NCBI GenBank assembly: GCA_964016885.1
Contig: OZ024745.1
Coordinates: forward strand, 117,118,001 to 117,182,000
Length of the DNA stretch: 64,000 nucleotides
Direction of reading: 5' to 3'
From: Eledone cirrhosa
Lineage: Eukaryota
Positions within the stretch are counted from its first letter, which is position 1. Each line of letters starts with the position of its first letter. Below, piece by piece: positions 1 through 14,144 of the stretch. Below the pieces are notes generated by a model. That model had not been told where the DNA came from. It did not search any database and worked only from the letters and a program-made list of their open reading frames with translations. Both the position numbers and the translations under genes were made by a program.

Positions 1-1217
1 GTATAGATCATGTGTGTGACAATCTGCCTTATATGAAGCTGTGTCTGTATAGATCATGTGTGTGACAATCTGCCTTATATGAGGCTGTGTCTGTATAGAT
101 CATGTGTGACAATCTGCCTTATATGAGGCTGTGTCTGTATAGATCATGTGTGACAATCTGCCTTATATGAGGCTGTGTCTGTATAGATCATGTGTGTGAC
201 AATCTGCCTTATATGAAGCTGTCTGTATAGATCATGTGTGTGACAATCTGCCTTATATGAAGCTGTGTCTGTATAGATCATGTGTGTGACAATCTGCCTT
301 ATATGAGGCTGTGTCTGTATAGATCATGTGTGTGACAATCTGCCTTATATGAGGCTGTGTCTGTATAGATCATGTGTGACAATCTGCCTTATATGAGGCT
401 GTGTCTGTATAGATCATGTGTGTGACAATCTGCCTTATATGAAGCTGTCTGTATAGATCATGTGTGTGACAATCTGCCTTATATGAAGCTGTGTCTGTAT
501 AGATCATGTGTGTGACAATCTGCCTTATATGAAGCTGTGTCTGTATAGATCATGTGTGTGACAATCTGCCTTATATGAAGCTGTGTCTGTATAGATCATG
601 TGTGTGACAATCTGCCTTATATGAAGCTGTGTCTGTATAGATCATGTGTGTGACAATCTGCCTTATATGAAGCTGTGTCTGTATAGATCATGTGTGTGAC
701 AATCTGCCTTATATGAAGCTGTGTCTGCATAGATCATGTGTGTGACAATCTGCCTTATATGAGGCTGTGTCTGTATAGATCATGTGTGTGACAATCTGCC
801 TTATATGAGGCTGTGTCTGTATAGATCATGTGTGTGACAATCTGCCTTATATGAAGCTGTCTGTATAGATCATGTGTGTGACAATCTGCCTTATATGAAG
901 CTGTGTCTGTATAGATCATGTGTGTGACAATCTGCCTTATATGAAGCTGTGTCTGTATAGATCATGTGTGTGACAATCTGCCTTATATGAAGCTGTCTGT
1001 ATAGATCATGTGTGTGACAATCTGCCTTATATGAAGCCATGTCTGTATAGATCATGTGTGTGACAATCTGCCTTATATGAGGCTGTGTCTGTATAGATCA
1101 TGTGTGTGACAATCTGCCTTATATGAAGCTGTGTCTGTATAGATCATGTGTGTGACAATCTGCCTTATATGAAGCTGTGTCTGTATAGATCATGTGTGTG
1201 ACAATCTGCCTTATATG
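1..1217. repeat. 46-bp tandem minisatellite (~26 copies visible, continues off the window start)
   Basis: Unit gtatagatcatgtgtgtgacaatctgccttatatga(a/g)gctgtgtct; 44-bp variants arise by loss of one TG/GT dinucleotide. Confidence 0.97.
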
Positions 1218-1995
1218 CACCTCCAACTGAAAGCAGAATGGTAAGTTATAAACTCTTGTTCTTGAAGTAAAATAGTCTGTTCTGTTAGTAGGTGCTAACT
1301 ATACAAAACACACACATCTGACACTCAATTATTTCTCACAAAACATAGATGATGCATTAATGCACGTTCACATATACTTGCATGTATGCACATACATGCA
1401 TATGTAAATTCATATCCAAGAAAGCACCACCTGCCTAATAAACAGCTTATTCCTTAGCCACTATTTTTACTGCATCAGATTTTCTTTCTTTGTACTTGAC
1501 AATTCCGTGCTAAATAATCCTCAATTTATTTGATGTAGTTGCTTTTATTCCTCATAAAATCCCTACTGTCTCACCAACTTTACTAAATAAACACTTTATG
1601 TAAGGCTTCCTCATAACTGTATCCATCATAGCCCCACTTTTAAATAGAATTGATGCATTTATGTCCACCCTCCAGTATTTTAAGAATCTGAAAGAATAAT
1701 AAAATATTTTTGTCTCTCCTATATGAAAAAATATGCAGGATCAGGTTACATGTTATTAAATAAACTGATGTTTTCTAGATACTGTTGGCTCACTTTCAGT
1801 CATTGCTTTATTCATTCTTTCATGCATAATTGAATGTTTATTCTCTTTCAGGCTAATAATTAGATTTGATTTAGTGTGTTAATTAGATTTGATTTAGTTA
1901 CTATGATAAATAATTCAGTAATGTCTCAAATTTAATTTACACCTATACATCTGAACCAAAGTAATGATTTCTGGATTTACTCCAACATGAAATGT

Positions 1996-2810
1996 ATCAT
2001 CATCATCATCATCATCATCATTTAACGTCTATCTTCCACGCTAGCATGGGTTAGATGGGTTTGTCCCATTTGAGGTAAGTTGTGTCGGGTGACCATGTCT
2101 CGCTCATATAGGACTGTTTCTGGCTGGTTTTCTACGGTTGGATGCCCTTCCTAACGCCAACCACATTTACAGCGTGGGCTAGGTGCTTTTTGTCGTGACA
2201 CCTACATGGCCACTTTACAGTGTGTGTTGGATGTTTTGTGGTACCAACATAACTTTACAGTGTAAGGGTAGTGTAGGCAGAAGTAGGAGGGAGGTGTAGG
2301 GAGTATGGGGTGCATATTGGATTAAGAGGTGCCTACTGAGTTTAAGTCTATGCGCAAGAGAAGGCGGGACTTCTGTATTACTGCATAGCGCCAAAGATCT
2401 CAACCCTGTGTCATTGTCTTAGAGAGGTTCAAGTGTGCAAGGTCAGCTTTTATCACCTCGTTCCAGATCTTTCTGGGTCTACCTACTCCATAGCTTCGAT
2501 CAATTTTGATCGCTCTGCACTTTTTTATACAGCTGTCATCCTTCATACACATCATATGACCATACCAACACAATCTTCTCTCTAGTAAACTACATCTGAT
2601 CCCTCATATGCCTAATTTCACAGTTTGTTTACGCTTTGCTGTTTGTGTATATTACTATTACACACCCATCGGAACATGCATGCTTCGCTTCTTTCCAATC
2701 TGCACAGACCCTCTGCACACAATGCCCAGGTCTCACTACCATGTAACATTGCTGTTCATATACAAGCAACATATAATCTGCCTTTCATTTTTAGAGAAAC
2801 AAAAGGTCAG
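1996..2810 (-). mobile_element. 5'-truncated RTE LINE (ORF C-terminus, 3' UTR, (ATG)n tail)
   Basis: (CAT)n tail plus tttaacgtc..ttccacgctagcatgggttaga; colinear with 9042-9900. Confidence 0.85.
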
Positions 2811-3589
2811 TACTTTGAACAAAAAAATAGGCATATTTTTGTCTATTATTTCCTCATATTTTGTAGTTATATATGTATATATATATATATATATATATAA
2901 ATTCCTTGGGGAAGACATCATATCATTTATGATTCTTTAGTAAAATAACAGCTGTTGTAAAGATAAGTCAGCTTATTATCAACACTTGTATGTATTGCCA
3001 TGTAATTCAGTGTATTGGTTTCACCTTTCCACTATTTTATAATTGTTCAAATAGTTTGGGGATTGTTTCTGACAAAATAAGGCTTCATCGCTGGGGTTTA
3101 GATGTCAGTGGTAAAGTAACATGTCACATATTTTCACTGTTATGTTTACAAATTGAATTTGTAAAATATATGTTGTTCACTTTGTTTGAAAAGATTAACA
3201 TAGCTAAGTGCACCAATGAATACATGTGCAAATGTAAATTTAGTATATCAAAAACAACTTTATGTAGTGGGTGAGGGGTATTGAGTACATAGTTGCTGTA
3301 TCTTTTCTTTTAACCCTTTTGATACTAGACCATCTGAAACCATCCCTGGTTCCACAATACAAAACTTTGTTTTCAAGTATTTATATTTATATAAAATCCT
3401 TCTCTCATAATTTCATGTTCGAACTTTTATGTTCCAAACACTAGCTGAATTATGAGAAAGTTAATTATATAAATAAAAGGTACATGTATAGTACATAGAA
3501 TAATATACAAATGTCAGAGAAGTGAATAGTGTACGAGTCATGATATACATGTGTGCGTGTGAATGGAGGGAGAATATTAGGTGTAGTGT

Positions 3590-4515
3590 TGGCGAATCTC
3601 AGGAAGCATGGAGGTTTTAAAGGATGCAGTGTCTCAACAGCTAATAATTGATGCAGGTAGTTTGTTCCATGCTTCAGCAACTCTGAGTGTGAAAAATGTT
3701 TCCAAAAGTCATGGGAGCTATGCTGTTTTCTGACTTTGTAGGCACACCCACATGTTAGACACGTGGAAATCAAAAAGGTACTCAGGGTTGTTGTTGGCAA
3801 GATGGTTAATAATTTTGTGGGTGTTTACCAAGTCAGTTGCCAGATGTTGGAGTTTCAATGTATCCATGCCCAGGGAAGCAAGGCGTTCAGAGTGTGGTCG
3901 ATGCCTGGTATTCGCTTGGTTGCACCTCTCTGAACAGTTTCCAGGCGGTCTGTGTTCTGAGCAAGATAGGGGTTCCAGACTGGTGATGCAAATTCTAAGT
4001 GTGGCCGCACCATAGCTATATACAGCTTTAAATAGATAGCTGGAGAGCGGCTGACAAAGGTCTTGCTGAGTGATGCTAAGACACCCTCGGTCTTCTTGAC
4101 AATTTTTGAGATGTGCTTCATCCAACACAAATTGCTGCTGACAGTAATGTCCAGGTCATGTTCACAAGAAGACTTCTTCATATTAGTGTTGTGGAGGGAG
4201 TATGTGGATGCTGGGTTTTTACTCCCAAAATGCATGGTGGTACACTTGCCAGCTTGAGTTGCCAGTCTGTAATCCACTGTTGCATTGTGTCCAGGTCAGA
4301 TTGCAGGCAAGATCTATAGTGTTCAGGATCTGTCCTTTTTATCTGAAGGTACAGCTTGATGTCATCTACATATTTGAGTACTGTGGCATTCTTTAAGTTG
4401 GCATCTATGTCATTGATATGTCACAAACAAAAGGGGACCAAGAACAGATCCCTGTGGTACACTAGATGACATCTCGTACAGTAAGAAATGCTGTCCAAGA
4501 ACCGTGACTATATTG
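3590..4515 (-). mobile_element. CR1/L2-type LINE reverse transcriptase remnant
   Basis: Minus-strand peptides SVPQGSVLGPLLF (~4425-4463) and VRPHLEFASPVWNPY...LETVQRGATK; frameshifted. Confidence 0.85.
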
Positions 4516-7429
4516 ACCACTTCATCATTTATTTAGATATATTCTATCTTAGACTACATTGTCCAGTATGACCTCTTTTTTTTTTAACTGGTTTGGTTAA
4601 GATTTAAAGGAAATTTACCTTCAGGATGTGTTTTTTTTTCTCTTGAAAGTAACAATTACATACATTTTTAATTTAATCAAAAATTATGAGTCATATTTTC
4701 ATATTAGTCATAATTTTTGACCAATATGAAAAAAGAATATTTCAGTTAGTCACAATTTTCATCTTATTTTTTTAATGAAATTTTAAATTTGTAATTTTTA
4801 TAAACAATGAAATTATTTTATTAATTTCAATGATTATTTCTCAAAACTAAATATAGTATTCCAAAGTATTAATATTAACTAGTAAAACCTCCAATAAAGA
4901 CAAATTGCAACATGTTTCCTAGTAAGTGGTTTGGAGCATAATTATGTCATGTTATTTTTACTCGTTTTTTTTTTTTCTTTTCTTTATCGTAAGACCCAAT
5001 CTTAAAGCTGAGTCATGCTGATGTATCTAATCAATAAATACAATAATTCCATTAGGATTATCTTGACATTCTCTTTCCAATATATTTAGACTTTTATTTT
5101 TATTTATTTTTTAGACATATTCATTTGAAAGATTGTGTGTGTATGCATGTGGGTGTGTGTGAGTGCATGAGATTTACCAATACTGTTTTATTTTCATTTT
5201 TTTTTTTTTTTTTTTTTCTGAAAAGAAATAATGGTTTTATTTTTGTATTGTTTATAAAGACTAGGATAATTCCTGAATATCTTTTGCTCTTGCTGCTAAC
5301 AGTAATTGTCTTAATTAATAAACATTGATAACATATGCTATTTTGTTGTAATGTAACTTATGTAGAAACAAGATAACAGTAAATAATCAGCTGGATGGAG
5401 TAATTGCTCATAGGTTATGAGTTCAAATTTGCTCGTAAGAGTTATTTTAAGTTTCTTGACATTTTTTCTGTCCTGCTTCAGTTCAACTGATGCAATGGAA
5501 TAAATACCTGATCATCTAAGAATGTTGCCTATAATAAACTGGCAACTTGTTTAGATGATATCATCCAATACTCTGATACTGGAGAAAAGAACAAGGCTGT
5601 CAAATTTAGAAACAATTTATTTTTTTTAGATATATATAGATGAATGTTCAAAATGACCTAGTTAGGTAGTGTGCTTAAAACTAGAAGTACCAGTGTTTGT
5701 TGACAGTTAAGAGTGTGTAATTAATCAAATTAACTCTGTGCATGCAAATGTACAGATATTTCAAACTGTCAACTAATATTCCCCAACTCTTCTTGTTTGC
5801 TTGCTAGATTTTACAGTCTGCCAAGTAACATTAAATACTTTTTGTTGCTCCATTACTTATGGGTCAACAGCATGGAATGGTAGTTAATGTGTGTTTGGAT
5901 GTGAACTTCAAAATTTTGTAATGAAATGCATAAATATTTTTCACTTTGTTATAATACACTTAAACCAACTAAAAAACAAGGTATGATCCCATGGACGATC
6001 TAGACTGAACATGTGATGTTTGGGTGAAGTCATTTATTTAGTTTTAATTCTTGCAATTTAATGTTTAATACAAAAGAATGACTAGATAATAGACTATCCA
6101 GAAGAGATTTAGGGCCCAGGATTTGAGCAAATTGCTTTCGACAGTTTCTAAAAAAAACATAGTCTGAAATAGGATTGTTGAGAAACAAAATGTGATGTTT
6201 AAACAAAGTGTGTGTAGGGGGGGGGGGGTACACAGTAATAGCTATTATAAAAGTAGAGAAGATGCAGCTTGGTTGTGTGCCAAACAGACATATGCTGGTT
6301 GTTTCCACATTATGTGATCTAGTATCTTATTAACAGCCTCACCAAAATACTGCATTACATGTTCAGTTGTATTTATGGAGGATGATATTTGGTAGTTGTT
6401 TTTAAAAAGTATTGGTCATCTTTCTTTGACAGACTTGTAGTATAGACAGCAGACCAAACAAGGCCTTTTGAGGATGATGGTCTGTTGAGAAACCTTTGGT
6501 TACTGCAACATGTTCAGAAACTCCGGCTGGATATATAAAAGTGATAGTATAACATAGCATATAGTGTATATAACATATAACATAGTGTATAGGCTTGCAA
6601 AGAGACATTAACAGCTTGAAAGTATACAACCTTTTGGTTCTGATAAGGAAACAATACTTTTAGATGTTAACACTTAACATAGTGTACCACATGAAATCAC
6701 ATTAGCAGGACATCCAGAAAAGTATAAAAGTCTGACTGCATCACATTAAAAATTAACATCTTTACTCTAATTGTACACATTTTCACAATGATTTGCCCAC
6801 ATTTGAATTAACAAACCGGTTTTTAGATATTTACTACAAACATTTGAATTAACAAACCCATTTTTAAATTTTTTTCTGATAAATCATTGCAGAACGTTAA
6901 GTGTTAAGTAGTAAAATAGATTGAGATAGAGCATGTATCAGAATAATCATAGACTAGTTAATAGGCAGCACAACAGTAACAGTGATATGACCCCAAAAGG
7001 GACTGAGGAATTTACAAAAGGACTGTTTCTATGGGAATCTTTTACAGAATACCTTGAACCTCTTAATCATAGCTGGCAAATTTAATGGGCATTTTGTTCA
7101 ACACTATGATGGTTTTACTGATGCACATGGAGAATATGATGGTACAACAAATGAAGAGTTATGTGATGCAAATAAGAGTTGGAGTTATGTGATGCAAATA
7201 ACCCATCTCTTTGCAAAACTAACTTAAGGAAACTTGCCAGCCATGTGGTCACCAACCAATCAGATAAACATTCAAGCAAGATAGACCAGGAAACAGAATA
7301 GGCAACTAAGGAAGAGAGTACCAATCAACACAGATCAGTGATCTCTAGTTCATCGCTAGATGAACTCAGCGATACAAGTCAATTTGGTGAAGGAAGGTAT
7401 AGAAGCTTAAAGATCCTCTGTTAGATGTA

Positions 7430-8705
7430 GGTTCAAAGAAGTGCTAGTTGGAAAGCTAGACTCATAACATAGAAAGCACCTTGGCGTTTCTATGAGATAA
7501 CCTGGCATTAGGAAGGGCATCCAGCCGTAGGAACCAAGCCAATGCTTGCTATCACTGATGCTAAGAGAGAGGCATAGAAATATTACTACAAGAGGTTGCT
7601 GAATGTGGAGAATTCCTGAGAAACTACTCTAGGTCGATCCAAAAGGGCTCTAGCTATTGAAATTGACAGCTCTATGATCAAAAGCACAGTCATGGATATG
7701 GAGATAAAGAAAGTGGTTTTATCATTGGAGATAACTACTAAGCTGCTGAAAATATTAAGTGGAACAAGAATTAGTCACTTACAATCAATCATGTGGTGCA
7801 TGGAGGCATTATACCCCCAAAATGACATAGTCACATCACTATCTATTGCTACAAGGGCAAAGGAGATGCTCTAGAATAAAACAAATACAAAAGCATCAAA
7901 CTGATGTTGTAATTTATTGGAAAGCAGTTTGTGTTTGTGCTGTGCTGGTATACCACTGAAGCCCTCTTTTTAATATAGATGTTCTTAGATAAGAGCAAGC
8001 CACTATATTTGTCCTCCATTGAGTTGGAAAAGGCTTTTGACAGGATATGATACTCTGTAATCTGGTGGTCACTGAGAAAACTAAATATAGATTAGTAAGA
8101 TATGAGAGGTATTGTTAGAGATGCTGCAAAATGAGAATTATTAAGGAATTTAGAATCCAATATGTGTGCATCAGGGTTTGAATTCTCCATACTATAACAG
8201 GATTTAGAACACCTGTAAGCCATAATTCTCATAGCTAAAATCTGTCATTGGTTTAGAGAAGAAATTAGAAATGCGACGCAAAACCTAGAATTAAGAGACC
8301 CCGACGTAAACTTAGCAAAGACAAAAATAGAAGAGAAGACAGAAGTGTATTGCTATTTTGGAATTGGCTGTGTTTAAAATACAGGAAAGGAGTGGGTAGG
8401 GATTTCATACAGTTTACCAAATATATACTATGGCAGCAGCACAAGATATGCAGGTTGACAAAAGAATCTATATGTATCAGATATACAGAAATAGTTAACA
8501 GTAAGAGCAACAATGAAATAAATTCATTCAAATACTCTGAAAGTTTGCTAGAAGTAGTTGATAGCTTCTGTTATCTTGTAGATCTAATTAGCAATGTGGG
8601 TGTTTGAAAATACATAGTAAAGAGTGGTGTGGAGAAAGTTTAGAGCTAGTACCTTTCCTGGCAACAAAGGAGTTCTTTCTCAGAGTAAAGAACTGATTAT
8701 ATGAA
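7430..8705 (+). mobile_element. Highly degraded RTE LINE copy
   Basis: Remnants CYKGKGDAL, KSKPLYL..ELEKAFD, RKGVGR, EVVDSFCYL colinear with the 9-13 kb RTE; ttaggaagggcatccagcc UTR motif at ~7508. Confidence 0.75.
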
Positions 8706-9041
8706 AAATATCTCAATAAAGTGTATGGGGGGGGGGGGGGGGCATTATTAAATTTGCTGCTATTGGCAGCTGGTAGGATAACATCCAGAAGCTTGGCAGG
8801 TTAAGTTAGAAATGGTTGCTTCTGGAAGGAGTGTTTGAGGACTCTGTCCCCACAACCCTCTCAGTGCATGAAGAAGGCAGTACCAAAGACTACCAGACTT
8901 AGAATTCTGTTAGAATTCAAGACCTATCAGTGTTTATTTTGCCTTTCATGATTCTGGAATCAACCTCACATGCACTAAACACCAAACAATTACTAGGAGC
9001 CAATTCAGTCAAGTTTAGCTTCTTTCCTTATGTGTCTTTAT

Positions 9042-12000
9042 ATCATCATCATCATCTTCGTTTAACGTCCACTTTCCACGCTAGCATGGGTTAGACGGGA
9101 GTTGTCCCACTTGGGGCAAGGTTTGGTCGGGTGACCGTGTCTCGCTCATATAGGACTATCTGGCAGGTTTGCTACGGCTGGATGCCCTTCCTAACACCAA
9201 CCACATTTACAGTGTGGAACTGGGAACTTTTTACCGTGTTACCTACACGGCCACATTACAGCGTGGACTGTTTTTTCTCGTGACAGCTATACGATCTCGA
9301 TCTCATTTATCTAATTTATTTGGACTGGATGTTGTGGTACCAACTTTATAGAGAGGATGGTGTTAGTGGGAGGATAGGGTAGTGGATTGGGGTGTATATT
9401 TGGTTAAGAGGTGCCTACTGACTGTAGGTTTCGCTTTGTACATAGGCAAAGCGGGTCTTCTGTATTACTGCGTAGCGCCAAAGATCTCAGTCCAGTGACA
9501 TTGTCTTAGAGGGGTGCAAGTGTGTAAGGTCAGAATTTATCAGATCGTCCCAGGTTTTTCTGGGTCTACCTACTCCGTAACTACCATCAATTTTGATTGC
9601 CCTGCACTTTTTTATACAGCTATCGTCATTCATGCGCATCACGTGGCCATACCAACGTAGTCTTCTCTCGAGAAAACAGCATCTGATCCCTCTTATTCCT
9701 AATTTCTCACTTAGTTCACTTATGCTTTGCCGTTCACGTATATTACTATTACACATCCAACGGAGCATGCATGCTTCATTCCTTTCCAGTCTAAGCAGGT
9801 CCTCTGCACGCAATGCCATGTCTCACTACCATGTAGCATTGCTGTTCGTATACAAGCATCATACAATCTGCCTTTCATTTTTAAAGAGAAACCTTTTGTG
9901 GCCAACAGCGGTATAAGCTCTCTGAACTTTTTCCATCCCGTTCTGACTCTGGCTACTGTACTTTCAGAACACCCTCCACCACTGCTGATTTCGTCACCCA
10001 GGTAACGGAAAGTGTCTACTATTTCTATAGAACCATCTGGGCAATAGAAGTGGCTAGTATCCTGTGGACACTTGATACCTATTGCACCTGAGCATCGGCC
10101 ACATATAAAGTCTACATTCTTAGATAGTTTACCTGTGATCCCACTACATCTTTTATGTACCCATACTTTGCATTTGGGACATAAAATTGAATTTCTGCCT
10201 ACTCCTTTCCTACACACTGAGCAAGGCCATTTCCCTGAGGGTACCTGTGCCTTATTTTCCTTTCTACAAACTAGGACTTTAGTCTTAGACAAGTTAACTT
10301 TAAGGCCTTTTGATTCTAGGCCATGCTTCCATGTTTGGAATTTCTTTTCTAGTTCAGCCATTGATTCAGCTATGAGCGTTAGATCATCTGCGTATAGGAG
10401 TTCCCATGGGCAGCCGATCTTGAACTCCTGTTATAGCCTGAAGGGCAATAATAAATAGGAGGGGGCTCAGGACAGAGCCTTGGTTAACACCAACTTTTAC
10501 ACTAAATTCTTCACAATATTCATTGTTAATTCTAACCTTACTGACTTTCATTATACATAGCTTGTATAGCTCTCACAAGCCATTCATCTACACCTAGTTT
10601 TCTAAGAGCCCCACCAGATAATGGAGCGGGGGACTCTGTCAAAGGCTTTTTCCAGGTGTACAAAAGCTAAGTAGAGGGGTTTACTTTTAGCTAGGTACTT
10701 TTCTTGTAGTTGTCGTACAAGGAAAAGAGCGTCTGTGGTACTTTTACCCGACACAAACCCAAACTGCATTTCATCTAGATCAATTCGCTCTCTGATTAGT
10801 TGCGCTATAACTCTTTCTGTGACCTTTATGACCTGGTCAACTAACTTAATGCCTCTATAGTTTCCTCTATCTAGAACACAGGTCCTCAACCCATTTAGGC
10901 CAAACGCCCCCCCCCCCCTCCCCACCACCCTATTTTTCCATTTTTCAATATACTACTGATTTTTATATCAGATTACTAAAAAATTGATTAACAATATTCC
11001 AAAGATGTGTGTATTATCTGATTGTGTTGTATGTGGTCCTAGATGTGCGTGCTACTCGCTTCTGTTTTTTCTTGTCTTTTTTTTATTTGTAATATTATTT
11101 ATACAATAGGGAATAAAATAGATCTACATAGTGTTAACTCGTTACGGTTGAGTCAATACTTTCAGACATGAAATACATTGTTATCGGTGAAGGAAAGATA
11201 AGATTCTAACTGGCTGCGCTCAAAGTGTCTTTGACCCAGTTGACTGTGGGTTTTTCCATTTTTAGGATCTCAATTACCGGACATGCCTACTCACAGCTGC
11301 GGTCAGACTATAGTTATGCTGTCTGCAAGCTCATTCAAATGCATTCACACTGGCTGTCTCAAAGACATACAAATATGGCTTATAAAACTTACCAAAATAA
11401 AGAGCCTTCCAGCGCCCCACCAACCCCCCTCCCCCAGCTACAAACCCCTCCCCCCCTGGAGTTCCGAAACGCCCCCCGGGGGTGCATATGCCCCCCGTTG
11501 AGAACCTTTGATCTAGAGCATCTCCTTTACCCTTGTAGCAGTTAATGATGATGCTGCTACGCCAATCTTTTGGTATGACCCCATTCTGTATTACTTGGTT
11601 AACTATACGGGTGACCATAGTATGTCCCACCATTCCAGATGCCTTCAAAATCTCAGCAACTATCTCCGAAGGCCCAGCTGCCTTGCCTGTCTTCATATCT
11701 TTGATTGCCTTACTTATTATACTACCTTTAACTTGCACCACTGGTCCTTCTATTGGATTGATTTCGGGCAGACTATCTTTTTCCCACTTATTCTCTTCAT
11801 TTAATAGTCTCATAGTGACACTTCCAGGCTATCTTCTTATCAGCATCAGTGAGGGCAAGTACACCGTTATCATTACGGACACACTTCTTCCCGACACTAT
11901 CACGGTTTTCCTTGACACATTGTCTAGCAATCCTGAACACCTCGCGTTTTTGGTCCTCACGTTGTAGAACATGCTTGAACTTTCTTTCCTCTGCTTCCCT

Positions 12001-13320
12001 TTTTGCAAGGTACACTTGTCTCCTAGCTTTTCTCCTGGCCACTTGATAGTGCTCTCTACTTCCCCCCATTCTGCCATACTTTCCAAGCCTGCTTTTTGGC
12101 CTTAATTGTCTCTTCTACCTTACTGTTCCACCACCAAGTTACTCTCCTCCTGCCAATAGGTCTGCCCCAGCCACAGATTTCATCCGTAGCTTTCAGCAGG
12201 TTCACTTTCAAGAATTGCCACTGTTCCTCTATATCGCACGTCTCTAATTGCTCTTCCTTATTGTCAAAGGCATCAAGTAATAAGCTTTTAAATTTGTCAC
12301 TGGCTATGGGGTCCTTCAAATTCCATATTCTTCTCCTCAAGGTAGGCCTCCTCTGTTGTCGAGTACATCTATTCCTGACTGTGAGGTCACTAACTACTAG
12401 GCTATGTTGGGAGGTGCATTCTTCACGGGGGAGGGATTTAGTGTTTACAACAGACACTTTGTCCCGTCTTCTAGTAAGGATATAATCTATCTGGCTGGCG
12501 TGTTCCCCTGATCTATAGGTGATCAAGTGGTTTTCACGTTTTTTTGAAGTTTGTGTTACAGATAGTTAGGTTATTGGCGTCACAGAATTCCAGGATTCTG
12601 AAGCCTTCCTCATTTCTATTTCCAAACCCCAACCTCCATGGATTCCATCATAGCCATCACTATGTTGTCCAACGTGACCGTTTAGATCGCCGGCAATAAT
12701 TAGGTAGTCGCTGTCGGTTATTTGGGAGGTAGTGTGCATTAGCGTCTCATAGAACCTGTCCTTTATAACGTCAAGTAGACCAGATTGGGGTGCATAAGCG
12801 GATATTATTGTCACAGTAGTTTTATTTAGAACTAGCCTTATTTTAATTATTCTGTCATTTACTCTATTTACGTAGATTACCTTATCTACCCATTTTTCAG
12901 CTAACATAATTCCTACTCCACCCAGTCCGTTGTCATTTCCCACCCAGAAAAGTTTATAGCATCGTTTTTTACCCACGATGAATCTGGCAGACCCCCCCCC
13001 CTCTCCACTTAGTCTCTTGAATACAACAAATATCAACTTCTTTACGTTCAAGCATCTCTACAACCTCATTTTAGCGACCTTTTAATGTGCCTACGTTCAT
13101 GGTACCAACTCTGAAGTTGGGAGGGTGGGATGGATGGGTTAGAGGAGCAGGGAGAGGTGTGTGAGATGGAATTATGTTGGTCATTTGTGTCTGAAATAGA
13201 GGGGTCTTTGTATTCTCGTCCTGCAGCAGGAGGTAAATTTATCTTTATCTGTGACATCGTCATTGAATGCTTAGACTTTCCAAATCTCCGCAGTCAACCC
13301 ATCAAACAGGTCTAAACTTG
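9042..13320 (-). mobile_element. Near full-length RTE-clade LINE (APE endonuclease + RT + PHD finger), frameshifted and interrupted by a hAT
   Basis: APE motifs ISAYAPQ, IIAGDLNGHVG, SQIDYIL; RT motifs QFGF, LEKAFDRV, GCPWELLYADDL (~10381-10415), FRYLGD; C-terminal LRWYGHVMRM..GRPRKTW; (ATG)n tail. The 5' boundary is approximate. Confidence 0.93.
10877..11510. mobile_element. Non-autonomous hAT (Charlie-like) element nested in the RTE ORF
   Basis: 14-bp TIRs cacaggtcctcaac / gttgagaacctttg (2 mismatches); 8-bp TSD atctagaa/atctagag (NTCTAGAN target); splits GDALD|RGNYRG. Confidence 0.9.
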
Positions 13321-13447
13321 AGGAGTAGTAACCGGGTCGGTAGCTTTGCTATACTGATTTGTTAGGGAACTTACTAAAGCCGCTGAGTTGTGATTGGACC
13401 ATTAGCAATGGTGGTGTGTAGGGGAGGGAGGGGGGGGGGGGGGGGAA

Positions 13448-13999
13448 ATGGGTAACTTTAGAAGGATTTGATTTAGGAAGGGTCCAACAGAATGAGACAA
13501 ATCATTTAAAAACATGTAAATATTAATTGAAAATCCGGGAGAAACAAACGGGGAATTTGAATTGTAGACTAGCATAGCTCGGAGTTTAAAAACACTGCTC
13601 ATTGGAAAGACTGCGGAATATGGAAGACAATGCTTACATTCTCAAATCAACAGGTCGTCCATAAGATAATTTAGATAGATAAATTCTGTCTTGGGAAACA
13701 GCAAGATGTATTTTATACCTGCGATCAGGCGGGGGGGGGGGGGGGGGTATGAGAGAAAGAGCAAAGTGATTATGAAGTTAGGGAGCGAGTTGCAGGAAGG
13801 TTCTAGAATAATTAATTAATAATAATACTAGAAGGATTATATTTTGGAGAAGGATTTGATTTAGGAAGGGTCCAACAGAATAAGACAAATCATTTAAAAA
13901 CATGTAAATATTAATTGAAAATCCGAGAGAAACAAACAATGGGTAACTTTAGGAGAAGGATTTGATTTAGGAAGGGTCCAACAGAATGAGACAAATCAT
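13448..13999. repeat. Local ~90-bp segment repeated three times (13461, 13848, partial 13957) beside the RTE 5' end
   Basis: gaaggatttgatttaggaagggtccaacagaat(g/a)agacaaatcat recurs three times. Confidence 0.8.
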
Positions 14000-14144
14000 C
14001 AATGTGAGAAATCAATTCTAATCTTTCTACTAAATATTCTCTCTAAAATGACTCCTTTTCTGTATTTTTATATTCCTTTATTACCAATCTTGGCAATCTC
14101 TTCTATTTACTAATAAAAGCAACTATTTTCAATTTGTCTTGCAG

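Noticed and set aside
1-1217. CRISPR-like array
   Set aside because: Units are contiguous with no unique spacers, no cas genes are present, and the context is eukaryotic.
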